Of a stretch of DNA of 64,000 bases, positions 41,250-49,234 are shown in pieces. Made by a program: the position numbers and the translations under genes. Location of the stretch: the NCBI GenBank assembly GCA_017539265.1, contig JAFYHG010000018.1, positions 8,779 to 72,778 on the forward strand, written 5' to 3'. The stretch is from Alphaproteobacteria bacterium. Lineage in GTDB: Bacteria; Pseudomonadota; Alphaproteobacteria; CAAHEQ01; UBA3637. Each line of letters opens with the position of its first letter. The stretch's first letter is position 1. The notes under the pieces were generated by a model that searched no databases, was not told where the DNA came from, and saw only the letters and a list, made by a program, of their open reading frames with translations.

Positions 41250-42022
41250 TGTATAAATCCCCTGATTAACTTATCATCCCATCCTTTGTCAGGACCTGTA
41301 AAAAATCCAAACCCAGAATTAAATTGAAAAAGCTTAACTTCATCCTCAGACATATCTCTTGATTTACCAGAAAGAGCATAAACTTTTCCAGAAACTTTTT
41401 CTCCATCTTGTATTATTTCAAAAGCCTTTCCACCAGTTCTATAAAAGAGTGTTGCTGTGGCTATTTTCTTTTCTTTGTCTACTGATCCAAGATATTTTAA
41501 ATTTCCATTTTTATAATATACCTTAAATTCTCCGGCCTCATCATTTTCTGGATATTCAGCGAATTTTTCACCGCTGGCATAACGCTGTTCTTCTACGTAC
41601 TCCTTTCCATTTTTATAAGTAATACTCCATCTTTGTTCACCATTAATATGGTAATGTATTTCTTTTCCTTCTTTTTCTCCGTTTAAGTATGTTCTTAACA
41701 TTCTTGGAGTCCCATCCGGACGATATTCTTCCAAGGTACCATTGTACTTTCCATCTTTCCAATGAACAATAAAGCGTTTCGTTCCATTGGGCCAATACCA
41801 AATTTCTGTTCCGTTTTTTAGACCATTTTCATAAGGTATTTCTTTTTGAATATTCCCATTTTTAAAGGGAACTTTTACCATCCCTGTAATACTTTGATTG
41901 TTCTGATCTACTACCATATTTAAAGCTGGATCTAAACGGATATCTTTTTCCTGATAAATCGTTTCGGCATTTACAGAAGCCGAAAAGATTAAACACAATG
42001 ATAAAATAAATTTATATTTCAT
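41246..42022 (-). CDS. Secreted MORN-variant (YwqK-like) repeat protein
   Basis: It has a signal peptide and repeated G..W..Y.NG.K..G motifs. Confidence 0.5.
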   Translation of the reverse strand: MKYKFILSLCLIFSASVNAETIYQEKDIRLDPALNMVVDQNNQSITGMVKVPFKNGNIQKEIPYENGLKNGTEIWYWPNGTKRFIVHWKDGKYNGTLEEYRPDGTPRMLRTYLNGEKEGKEIHYHINGEQRWSITYKNGKEYVEEQRYASGEKFAEYPENDEAGEFKVYYKNGNLKYLGSVDKEKKIATATLFYRTGGKAFEIIQDGEKVSGKVYALSGKSRDMSEDEVKLFQFNSGFGFFTGPDKGWDDKLIRGFIQ

Positions 42023-42023
42023 A

Positions 42024-42911
42024 TTATCGAGCCCCCAAACTGATACTAAGTGCTATATCCATCAAATAATCTGTTGCTTTTTGTTCGTCTAAAATGCTTT
42101 TTTCCCCGTTCTCAGAATAAAATTCTCCAGCAATGGCCTTATCTCCTTTGATAGTCAACCGCAACATGGGTTTATTATTTTCATAGTAGACCGTATAGAT
42201 ATAATTTGCTTGTTCTTTGAATTCTTCAGGTACTGGTTCTATATAAAGATATATTCTATTATTACTCGCATAGTAAGTTTTGGTATTTGTTGTCTGATCT
42301 TCTGAGAACGAAAGATTCCCTTTATAATCATACTGTTCCCTTATAGAATTATTTTCATAGCAAGATTCTACTTTTCGTGCTGGCAATTCAGTAATTGGTA
42401 ATCCGGTTACTTTTGAAATGCGTTTCTGTGTCGGGTCAATTTTCGACCTGTATCCGGAATAAGGCCTTCCATCTCTATAATACGTACTTTTAACGCATCT
42501 GTTCATTTTGTACTCTGTTTTTTGGGAAATTTCGCCGGGATGATATTTGTCATATTCAATTACCATACCATTTAGATATCCATCCTTAAAATCATACTCT
42601 TTTTCAAGAATATCTTCTCTATCATAACACTTCATCTTCCCGTCTTTTTTACCGTTTTTTACGGAAAGTTCCATCTTATGGCAAACTGACCACGAATTTG
42701 TCCCGGGTAAAGCAAACACCCTTGTCGAAACACTTTTTAACTGATCTGACTCATTATACAATATTGTTCCTGTGATCGGGTTATAGTTCTTATCATAGAT
42801 AATATCACTTTCCCGAACATCAAGAATATCTGTTAAAGAGTAAACTGCTTGCCCAAAAGATACGGAGGGGCATAAAGCAATGAATAATCCCAATATGGCT
42901 ATTTTTTTCAT
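42024..42911 (-). CDS. Secreted repeat protein (MORN-like)
   Basis: The signal peptide begins at the internal Met (MKKIAILGLFIALCPSVSFG). The sequence is KDG/Y/N-rich and repetitive. Confidence 0.45.
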   Translation of the reverse strand: MKKIAILGLFIALCPSVSFGQAVYSLTDILDVRESDIIYDKNYNPITGTILYNESDQLKSVSTRVFALPGTNSWSVCHKMELSVKNGKKDGKMKCYDREDILEKEYDFKDGYLNGMVIEYDKYHPGEISQKTEYKMNRCVKSTYYRDGRPYSGYRSKIDPTQKRISKVTGLPITELPARKVESCYENNSIREQYDYKGNLSFSEDQTTNTKTYYASNNRIYLYIEPVPEEFKEQANYIYTVYYENNKPMLRLTIKGDKAIAGEFYSENGEKSILDEQKATDYLMDIALSISLGAR

Positions 42912-43476
42912 AACATCCCCCATAATAAAACACTTTTTGTATTGTAAACAATTTTTTTCTAAATGCAAGTGTAAAAAAACGAACATTTTTATTGTCTGCT
43001 GAACTAAATATATTACGAACGTTTTTTAATATTGTTATATAAAATGATCAAAAAGATCTACAAACCGGATATCAAAAAATGCACTAAAAGTTCACCATAA
43101 AGTTCCATAAAAATTGTCCTAAAATCAATTTAAAAATGAGGATAAGAAAAGTGTTTGTTTGTGTCCAAGGATTGTGTCCACCCCTTGTTGCCAAGCAAAA
43201 TTCCCAATTTCAGGCATAAAAAAAGCCTTGATAAACAAGGCATTATTTTAAAAGTGGCGCGCCCGGCAGGAGCTTGGTGGAAAAGTGAAATAACCCACTG
43301 GATCAATTAAAAAATTTTTGGGCGATTTTTGAGGGTTTTCAGAAAGTGCCCAGGGGATGACAAGGGGTGATGAATGGACAAACTTCTTGATGTATTTCAG
43401 GGGTAATTTTACATAAGGATAAAAGTATATTTTGGATATCTGTCATAGGAGCACAGGTTGGGCAAAAAGGCATTTA

Positions 43477-43938
43477 TCAAAGATATTTCAAAAGACGCCT
43501 TGTAATTATGGATTGCCCCTCTTCATAAAGTCTGTCAAGGTACAAGCGTTTCGTAACTCCGTCATTTAAGTCCGAAATATTCCTTATTAGATTATGGACA
43601 CAGTCTATGGAGGGTTTTCTGTGTTCACAAAGGAGCATTCCAAAATAGTACTTGTTCTTGTTCAGGAACTGTTCACTGAACTGGTACTGGCTGTCTATAT
43701 ATCCTAATTTGCGGAGGTACTTATAGCATTTAGTTATAAATTGAGCATCTTCTGTTTGGTCAGAGTAAGGGGGATTGGAGAGTTCATCTGCAACCTCTTC
43801 ATCGACATTTTTGGTGTTTTTAGGTGCGGGTGGCACAAGTTCCTCCGGTGTATTCAGATGCTTTCTGATTTTCCTCATATTTTCGGCAATATCTTCAAAA
43901 CTTACAATCATGAATAATTTCCTTTTAGTAATAGACAT
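43477..43938 (-). CDS. Hypothetical protein
   Basis: It is a 153-aa ORF at the left end of island 2. Confidence 0.35.
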   Translation of the reverse strand: MSITKRKLFMIVSFEDIAENMRKIRKHLNTPEELVPPAPKNTKNVDEEVADELSNPPYSDQTEDAQFITKCYKYLRKLGYIDSQYQFSEQFLNKNKYYFGMLLCEHRKPSIDCVHNLIRNISDLNDGVTKRLYLDRLYEEGQSIITRRLLKYL

Positions 43939-43988
43939 CTGTATTTATAAAGAAAATGATTAAAAAATGGAATTTTTTAAAAAAGATC

Positions 43989-44017
43989 TTGGCTTTTAAA
44001 ATGATCGGCTATATAGT
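43989..44017 (+). promoter_or_regulatory. Promoter cassette TTGGCT-17-TATAGT followed by CCCGGGCC
   Basis: A 40-bp motif (CTTGGCTTTT.AAA..ATCGGCT.TAT..TCCCGGGCC) is also present at 47185-47223. Confidence 0.45.
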
Positions 44018-44060
44018 CCCGGGCCCCGGGCAAGACTGGGGTAACTGAAAGGATAAAAAT

Positions 44061-44432
44061 ATGCTGGAACAACAAATGATACAAAGCGATAACCTGAATA
44101 CCATTATGGCAAATTGCTATGGCACAGAGAATTATTACACAAACAACTATTTGAAATACAATTACACAGACGGAATTAAAACTTTCTGTGAACAGGCATC
44201 CGCTTATTGGTTATTGAGCCTTATCCAAGGGGTTTATACAAAATATCCTCAAATGCGGAAAGATTTAATTGCTATAACACTAATGGTAAATGATGACAAT
44301 ACTGCCATTATTACCTTTACCGATGAAAAAGGTCAATTTTATAAGCAGCGTATTCCTTATACGGATTGTCCGGTAGGAGAATGGAAATTTTATTTTGAAA
44401 ACAATGTATTTTTCTGGAATGGAGAATATTAA
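44061..44432 (+). CDS. Hypothetical protein
   Basis: It is a 123-aa ORF, first of three overlapping genes downstream of the cassette promoter. Confidence 0.4.
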   Translation: MLEQQMIQSDNLNTIMANCYGTENYYTNNYLKYNYTDGIKTFCEQASAYWLLSLIQGVYTKYPQMRKDLIAITLMVNDDNTAIITFTDEKGQFYKQRIPYTDCPVGEWKFYFENNVFFWNGEY

Positions 44433-44865
44433 TATGAATAAAGAACAAATTAAAGAAGCAATATTAGGGAAAAAAGATTGTCATGGGGAAGAAACACCTC
44501 TCTGTCAATTTTCAACATTCCATCCGGATATGGAAATGGTGGAGATATTATTAAAAGGTGCGGATATTAATAAATCTTTTAATCACCAACCGATGGCATG
44601 GGTATTTCAATTCTGTGAACCGAATTGGGATGAAATGCTCACGCTTTTGTTCAAATACAAATACCATGCCTTACATCTGGACAGGAAAAGCGATTTTGAA
44701 AGTTTACTGCAACTTTTATCCAGAGTTAAACCGGAAACCGTGATGTATGTCTTAAAAATAATGAAGAAACATAGGTTTCGACCGACATTTGAACAGATTG
44801 ATTACATAAATAAATCAAAAGAGGATTTTAAAAAGGAGTTTAAATGGAAAGACTGGGTGAAATGA
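44395..44865 (+). CDS. Hypothetical protein
   Basis: It is a 156-aa ORF that overlaps both neighbours (translational coupling). Confidence 0.4.
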   Translation: MKTMYFSGMENINMNKEQIKEAILGKKDCHGEETPLCQFSTFHPDMEMVEILLKGADINKSFNHQPMAWVFQFCEPNWDEMLTLLFKYKYHALHLDRKSDFESLLQLLSRVKPETVMYVLKIMKKHRFRPTFEQIDYINKSKEDFKKEFKWKDWVK

Positions 44866-45317
44866 CAAAAGGTTTGTTAAAAGCAATCAATGAAAGGAAT
44901 TGGCGAGAAATTAAAAGGCTGGTTCACTTGGGCGGAAACTTAAATGCCGCTTACGATCCGTTTGGAAATACACCCTTTTTATATGCCATGCATATTTTTA
45001 AGAAAGCGGAAGAAATTGAACGCTTGATTAAATTAGGTGGAGATGTGACCTATAAAAACAGGGTGGGAAAAACAGCCTTGATGATAGCAGTTGAAAATGG
45101 GTGTGAACCGATAACGCCTTGGGTTATGGTGGATTATGGAGCGGACATTAATGCACAGGATGCATTGGGAAACACCGCCTTAATGATTTGTTTAGAATCC
45201 AGATTATATACCAAGAAACTGCTTTATGCCCTGATAGATTACGGGGCAGATTTAACCAACCTGAAGAATAAGGAAGGGAAAACAGCGTTTGATATACTAT
45301 ATGATGAATTAGAGTAA
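44844..45317 (+). CDS. Ankyrin-repeat protein
   Basis: It has at least 3 ANK repeats (GNTPFLYAMHI.., GKTALMIAVENG.., GNTALMICLE.., GKTAFDIL). Confidence 0.7.
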   Translation: MERLGEMTKGLLKAINERNWREIKRLVHLGGNLNAAYDPFGNTPFLYAMHIFKKAEEIERLIKLGGDVTYKNRVGKTALMIAVENGCEPITPWVMVDYGADINAQDALGNTALMICLESRLYTKKLLYALIDYGADLTNLKNKEGKTAFDILYDELE

Positions 45318-45336
45318 TCACTTTTGCGGAGAAGTG

Positions 45337-47076
45337 TTAACTAATCCGCAAATCTTTAATAGTTAATTCTTTGGTATTATTATCTTGGGGAAAATCTTTC
45401 CTGTCTTTTTCCCCAAAACCATATTCTTTTCGGCAATTTTCTAATTTGTTCCAGTCTTGCACACGATATGCATAAAGAGCAGATCGGGGATACATAATAC
45501 GCTTTCTTTGTCCAACAAAGGGGATTGATGTCTTGGTTCGTTTCTTTTTATCCGCCATCCTCTTTTTTGCTAACCAACTGATACTTTTTTCCAGATAACT
45601 TGCAGCAACTTTAGGTGACATCCATCCTGCATGAAGTGCATAACGGAGATGTGGTGATCCACTTGGTTTCCCTTTTCCTTCCAATCCCAAAGATGATATA
45701 ACGGATTGATAATTATGACTTAAAAGCATTTCCTTAAATACTTCTTTTTCTCGTTCTCTTTGGGGAGTGTTTTCATTAGTATACGCAATATTAGCGATTG
45801 TTGATTTATCACTTAAAGTGCATTCCTCAAAATCAAATCTCTTTAAGAAAGAAATATTCTCCAGAACAAGGTTACATCCCTCAAAAGAAGTCTGACTAAA
45901 GGAAACATCTCCCCCGAAAAGAGTGTTCCTTATAATAAAGTGCCGACTTCTTGGCGTTGCGTTAAACTTCAATTCTGAATTATTTAATAAAAAGGCACTA
46001 GATCTATTAAAAATACAGTTATGGATATAAAAACTTGTGTGAAATAAACTATTTCTAAAATCAAACTTACCATTTACAGTGCACTGCTCAAATGTTATAG
46101 CGTGCTTAATTTCCCTTGCGGGTGCAAAATCTTTCTCAAAGAAGCAATGATTAAAAGTGACTCTTGCTCTTATCGCATCATGGGGACAGACATAGTTAGC
46201 GGAAAATAGACAATCTTTGAAGAAAACACCTTCCATTGGATTAAATGCCCCATGAAAGCATATCAAATTCCAAAAGAATTCCTGCTCTTTTCTACCAAAT
46301 TCTACATTTTCTATTATAATAATAGAGCGACAATATTCGGAAGGAACTATTTTATATTGATGAGGTTTCTTGATTGTCTTGGTTGCCTGCGGGTGTTGTA
46401 GAAATACAATCTTATCTATTTCCTTTTTAATTTCAGGAGATTTGGTTTGTTCCGCCAGCATATAAAAAGGAGTACGGATTTCTTTCAAAAAGTCTGGATA
46501 CAAAACGGTTGGCAAGTGTTTTGTCAGTTGAACGGGTGAATTTCCAAACTTTTTGAACAGGTAAAGCAGTTCTCTTAAAAAATATCTGCCATTATTACCG
46601 ACTTTAGTTCTTATTCGTGCTAATGCTCCGACCATTCCTTTGGCATCTGCTAGGTCTTCAATATCTTGTGTTGTAATTTTGCCTCTTTTGTAATCATCTG
46701 TATCAATTTCAAAACAGGCAGAAAAGATATCTTGGAAGGTACGGATACATAACCTTAATGTTTGGTCAACACCTATTGGGTAATAATCGGGATGCGTAAA
46801 TGCATCAGGATATCCCTTCTCTGGTTGTTTTGTTTTAATGTATGTTTGTAAAATGTTTGGATAGACATCCGTCCAAAAATCTAAATTCAAAGATTTGAAC
46901 CGACCTTCTGGTCCATAGACCAGTTCTTCTTGGTAATCTTCATCTAAAAAAAAGTTTGGGCGTTCCAGTTTCATAAAAAACTCATATAAGTTGAAAAAGT
47001 TGGGGGGATTATACCACAAAATCTCCCAAAAGTCCAGAAGAACAAGAAATGTTAAAAAATCCATCTTTTTTAACAT
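45337..47076 (-). CDS. Pentapeptide-repeat-containing protein (candidate effector)
   Basis: The C-terminal half is rich in (F/L/C)-x-x-x-F/N pentapeptide-like units (FNHCFFEKDFAPA..FEGCNLVLENISF). The N-terminus and start are uncertain. Confidence 0.5.
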   Translation of the reverse strand: MLKKMDFLTFLVLLDFWEILWYNPPNFFNLYEFFMKLERPNFFLDEDYQEELVYGPEGRFKSLNLDFWTDVYPNILQTYIKTKQPEKGYPDAFTHPDYYPIGVDQTLRLCIRTFQDIFSACFEIDTDDYKRGKITTQDIEDLADAKGMVGALARIRTKVGNNGRYFLRELLYLFKKFGNSPVQLTKHLPTVLYPDFLKEIRTPFYMLAEQTKSPEIKKEIDKIVFLQHPQATKTIKKPHQYKIVPSEYCRSIIIIENVEFGRKEQEFFWNLICFHGAFNPMEGVFFKDCLFSANYVCPHDAIRARVTFNHCFFEKDFAPAREIKHAITFEQCTVNGKFDFRNSLFHTSFYIHNCIFNRSSAFLLNNSELKFNATPRSRHFIIRNTLFGGDVSFSQTSFEGCNLVLENISFLKRFDFEECTLSDKSTIANIAYTNENTPQREREKEVFKEMLLSHNYQSVISSLGLEGKGKPSGSPHLRYALHAGWMSPKVAASYLEKSISWLAKKRMADKKKRTKTSIPFVGQRKRIMYPRSALYAYRVQDWNKLENCRKEYGFGEKDRKDFPQDNNTKELTIKDLRIS

Positions 47077-47185
47077 TGCTTTTAAAGGATTTGAAAAATA
47101 AGGCTATTTTATTTTAACCTATATGCCCCAAATTATGAAATGTTTAATTTTAAAGAAAAAACTTATATTTTTTAACATTTAGGGC

Positions 47186-47214
47186 TTGGCTTTTCAAAAA
47201 ATCGGCTGTATGCT
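47186..47214 (+). promoter_or_regulatory. Second copy of the promoter cassette (TTGGCT-17-TATGCT)
   Basis: It lies inside the 5' extension of track ORF 47186-47839, which argues for the later start. Confidence 0.45.
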
Positions 47215-47257
47215 CCCGGGCCGCAATAAAAGTTCAATTTTAACGAAAGGATACAAA

Positions 47258-47839
47258 ATGGTTAATCAAGTTTTTATTGACGACAAGAAAATTAAAGACA
47301 TCTTAACTTACATTCAGGGGATGAGACATGCTGAAATGATACGGATGATGTTTTTATGTTCACTGAATGGCATGAGGTCTATAAATTTCGCCTATCTCCA
47401 AGTAGGTGATGTTTATACTCCCGACTTTAAGGTTAAGGATGTCATTTGTTTGGATGCGGATAAAAATAAAGGAAAGTTCGGGTGTTCGTATTATCTTAAC
47501 AGCCAAATGAAGAAAGAGTTTAAGGAGTATTTAGGGTATTTGAAGGCTAAAAATGAAGAGATTACGCCAGAAATGTATTTGTTTACCTCACAAAAGATGG
47601 GAAAACCTTTCAACCGTGTGTCAATTTCACGGATGTTCGCAACCGTTTACAAAAAGTTCAACATTGAAGGAGCATCACACTTGGGGCGACATTTGTTCGT
47701 GAGTCGGCTTATCAATGCTGGAACTAATATCTGTTTGGTTCAGAAACTCGCCAACCATCGCAACATTGGCACAACCCAACGTTATTTTAATTATAACGAG
47801 AAAATGCTCTCAAATGCTGTGGAAAATGTAGTTTTATAG
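47258..47839 (+). CDS. FimB/FimE-like small tyrosine site-specific recombinase
   Basis: The 193-aa catalytic-domain-only architecture matches FimB/FimE. It aligns block-by-block with E. coli FimB/FimE (..LGRHLFVSRL.., ..LANHRNIGTTQRY). The start is set at ATG 47258 after the RBS GAAAGGATACAAA. Confidence 0.7.
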   Translation: MVNQVFIDDKKIKDILTYIQGMRHAEMIRMMFLCSLNGMRSINFAYLQVGDVYTPDFKVKDVICLDADKNKGKFGCSYYLNSQMKKEFKEYLGYLKAKNEEITPEMYLFTSQKMGKPFNRVSISRMFATVYKKFNIEGASHLGRHLFVSRLINAGTNICLVQKLANHRNIGTTQRYFNYNEKMLSNAVENVVL

Positions 47840-47850
47840 CTGTGTGGTAG

Positions 47851-48113
47851 CCTAAAAGTGTATATAATTTTAAGTTATATCTCTTTTTCTTCTTCTTGAA
47901 TTAGAACATGTTCTAATCCACAGAGTATTTTATAGATTCCGAGGAATCTTGTTTGAACTAGTAATTTTTTTAGTTCTTTAAATTTAGCATGTATTTGTAT
48001 CAAAATTATTTTTTCTTTAAAAATTTGATTGGAATTTTTCATAGTAATATCCTTTCTTAAAAAAATAAGGGAACATTAAAGTCCCCATCTATTTCAACTC
48101 ATACACTTTTAGG
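47851..48113. repeat. Perfect 13-bp inverted repeat pair flanking a 237-bp segment (candidate invertible switch or MITE)
   Basis: CCTAAAAGTGTAT lies at 47851-47863 and its reverse complement ATACACTTTTAGG at 48101-48113. The interior is AT-rich and holds the palindrome TTAGAACATGTTCTAA (47900-47915) and a 55-codon ORF on the minus strand (47874-48042). Confidence 0.6.
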
Positions 48114-48161
48114 TATTACATGTTATTTAATGATTGCGCCAAGTGTTTGATGCATTTGTTT

Positions 48162-49130
48162 TTATGGTGTTTTTTGTAATTTCTTAAATTGGTAAAATAC
48201 AGATGCCGGCGAAACACCGAAATAGTCGCCAATTTGTCTAAAACTCATTCCAGCTGTTTTCATTCGTACCAATTGTTTGCTATCCACTTTAAAGTCTTCC
48301 CAGCCTTTATTTTTAACTAAATCAAATTTTTTTATAACCCTGTAGATACTCGCTGGATGGGCATTTACCTTTTTTGCAATTTCTTTTCCCGAAACACCAG
48401 AAAAATACAATTTTTTTATAAGTTCTTCCTGCTTTCCCAACCGACTATTCAATTTAATTTGATCAGGTGTCCGGGTTAATCCCATTTTTTTAATTTCTTG
48501 TTCAAGAAGTTTATGAGAGCATCCTAATTTTTCTGCTATAAAGGAAATGGATCTTCCTTCAGCAAACATCTCTTTTATCTTATCCTTTTTAAGGTCTAAT
48601 TTCTTCAGTTTAGGTGCTTCTAAATTATGTAAAAGAATGAAATTATACAATGTTGAATAGCAAACATTATATTTTTGTGCAATGGCTTTTCTAGAGACAC
48701 CTTTTAATAATAGGTCTTGTATATCATCTTTATAGTGGTCTATTCTGGTCCAGTTATGGCGAGGTTCTGGTTTTAACCCCAATAATCTTTGTTCTTCTAA
48801 TGTTTTTTTGCCTTTTTTATAGACCTGTATACGATCAAGTGATGCGACATAAATACCGCTTTCTTTTTCAAATTTTATGAGTGTTCTGCGGCATATTTTC
48901 AATTTTTTACAGATATCTTCACGCGTTAGCCCTAATTTATAAAAATGTTTTATTTTTTCGGGATTAAGTTTTATTTCCCGAGTATGTGGTTCTCTTTTCC
49001 ACCCTAAATCTTTTAGATAATTACGAAGGGTAGAAAGACTTATATTCATACGATCCGCTATCCCGCCCAAGGAAAGGTCAGATTTGTAGAGTTCTTTTAA
49101 TTTGTCTATATCTAGTTCAATTTTGTTCAT
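48162..49130 (-). CDS. Protein made of six tandem Hin/resolvase-type HTH (HTH_7-like) domains
   Basis: The translation shows six units of about 50 aa, each with a G(V/M/R)S...IA...(V/C)S..T(L/V)Y..(L/I)KK(L/F) pattern. Confidence 0.55.
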   Translation of the reverse strand: MNKIELDIDKLKELYKSDLSLGGIADRMNISLSTLRNYLKDLGWKREPHTREIKLNPEKIKHFYKLGLTREDICKKLKICRRTLIKFEKESGIYVASLDRIQVYKKGKKTLEEQRLLGLKPEPRHNWTRIDHYKDDIQDLLLKGVSRKAIAQKYNVCYSTLYNFILLHNLEAPKLKKLDLKKDKIKEMFAEGRSISFIAEKLGCSHKLLEQEIKKMGLTRTPDQIKLNSRLGKQEELIKKLYFSGVSGKEIAKKVNAHPASIYRVIKKFDLVKNKGWEDFKVDSKQLVRMKTAGMSFRQIGDYFGVSPASVFYQFKKLQKTP

Positions 49131-49146
49131 TTATGGGCGGATTTTC

Positions 49147-49174
49147 AAAAAAAGCGGAGTATTTCTACTCCGCT
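49147..49174 (-). terminator. Rho-independent terminator downstream of TAA gene (minus strand)
   Basis: It has the hairpin AGCGGAGTA-loop-TACTCCGCT. A T-run follows on the minus strand. Confidence 0.6.
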
Positions 49175-49234
49175 CACTTAAATTAACTAATAGGAAGGGA
49201 GACCGAGAAATCAGTCTCCCCGGAGTTCTTCGCA

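Larger units (their letters stand above)
38382..43270. mobile_element. Genomic island 1 (about 4.9 kb, integrase-less), bounded by direct repeats of the tRNA-Arg 3' end
   Basis: The 16-bp core TGGCGCGCCCGGCAGG lies at 38382-38397 and 43255-43270. The left arm (38398-38665) is about 87% identical to 43271-43545. The right arm (43148-43254) matches 58992-59089. Confidence 0.7.

Noticed and set aside
47851-48113. Interpretation of the 13-bp inverted-repeat element as an IS or MITE insertion with target-site duplication.
   Set aside because: No convincing direct-repeat target duplication flanks it, and a FimB/E-like recombinase gene ends 12 bp away. It is kept as a switch candidate. The MITE alternative is noted in the finding.
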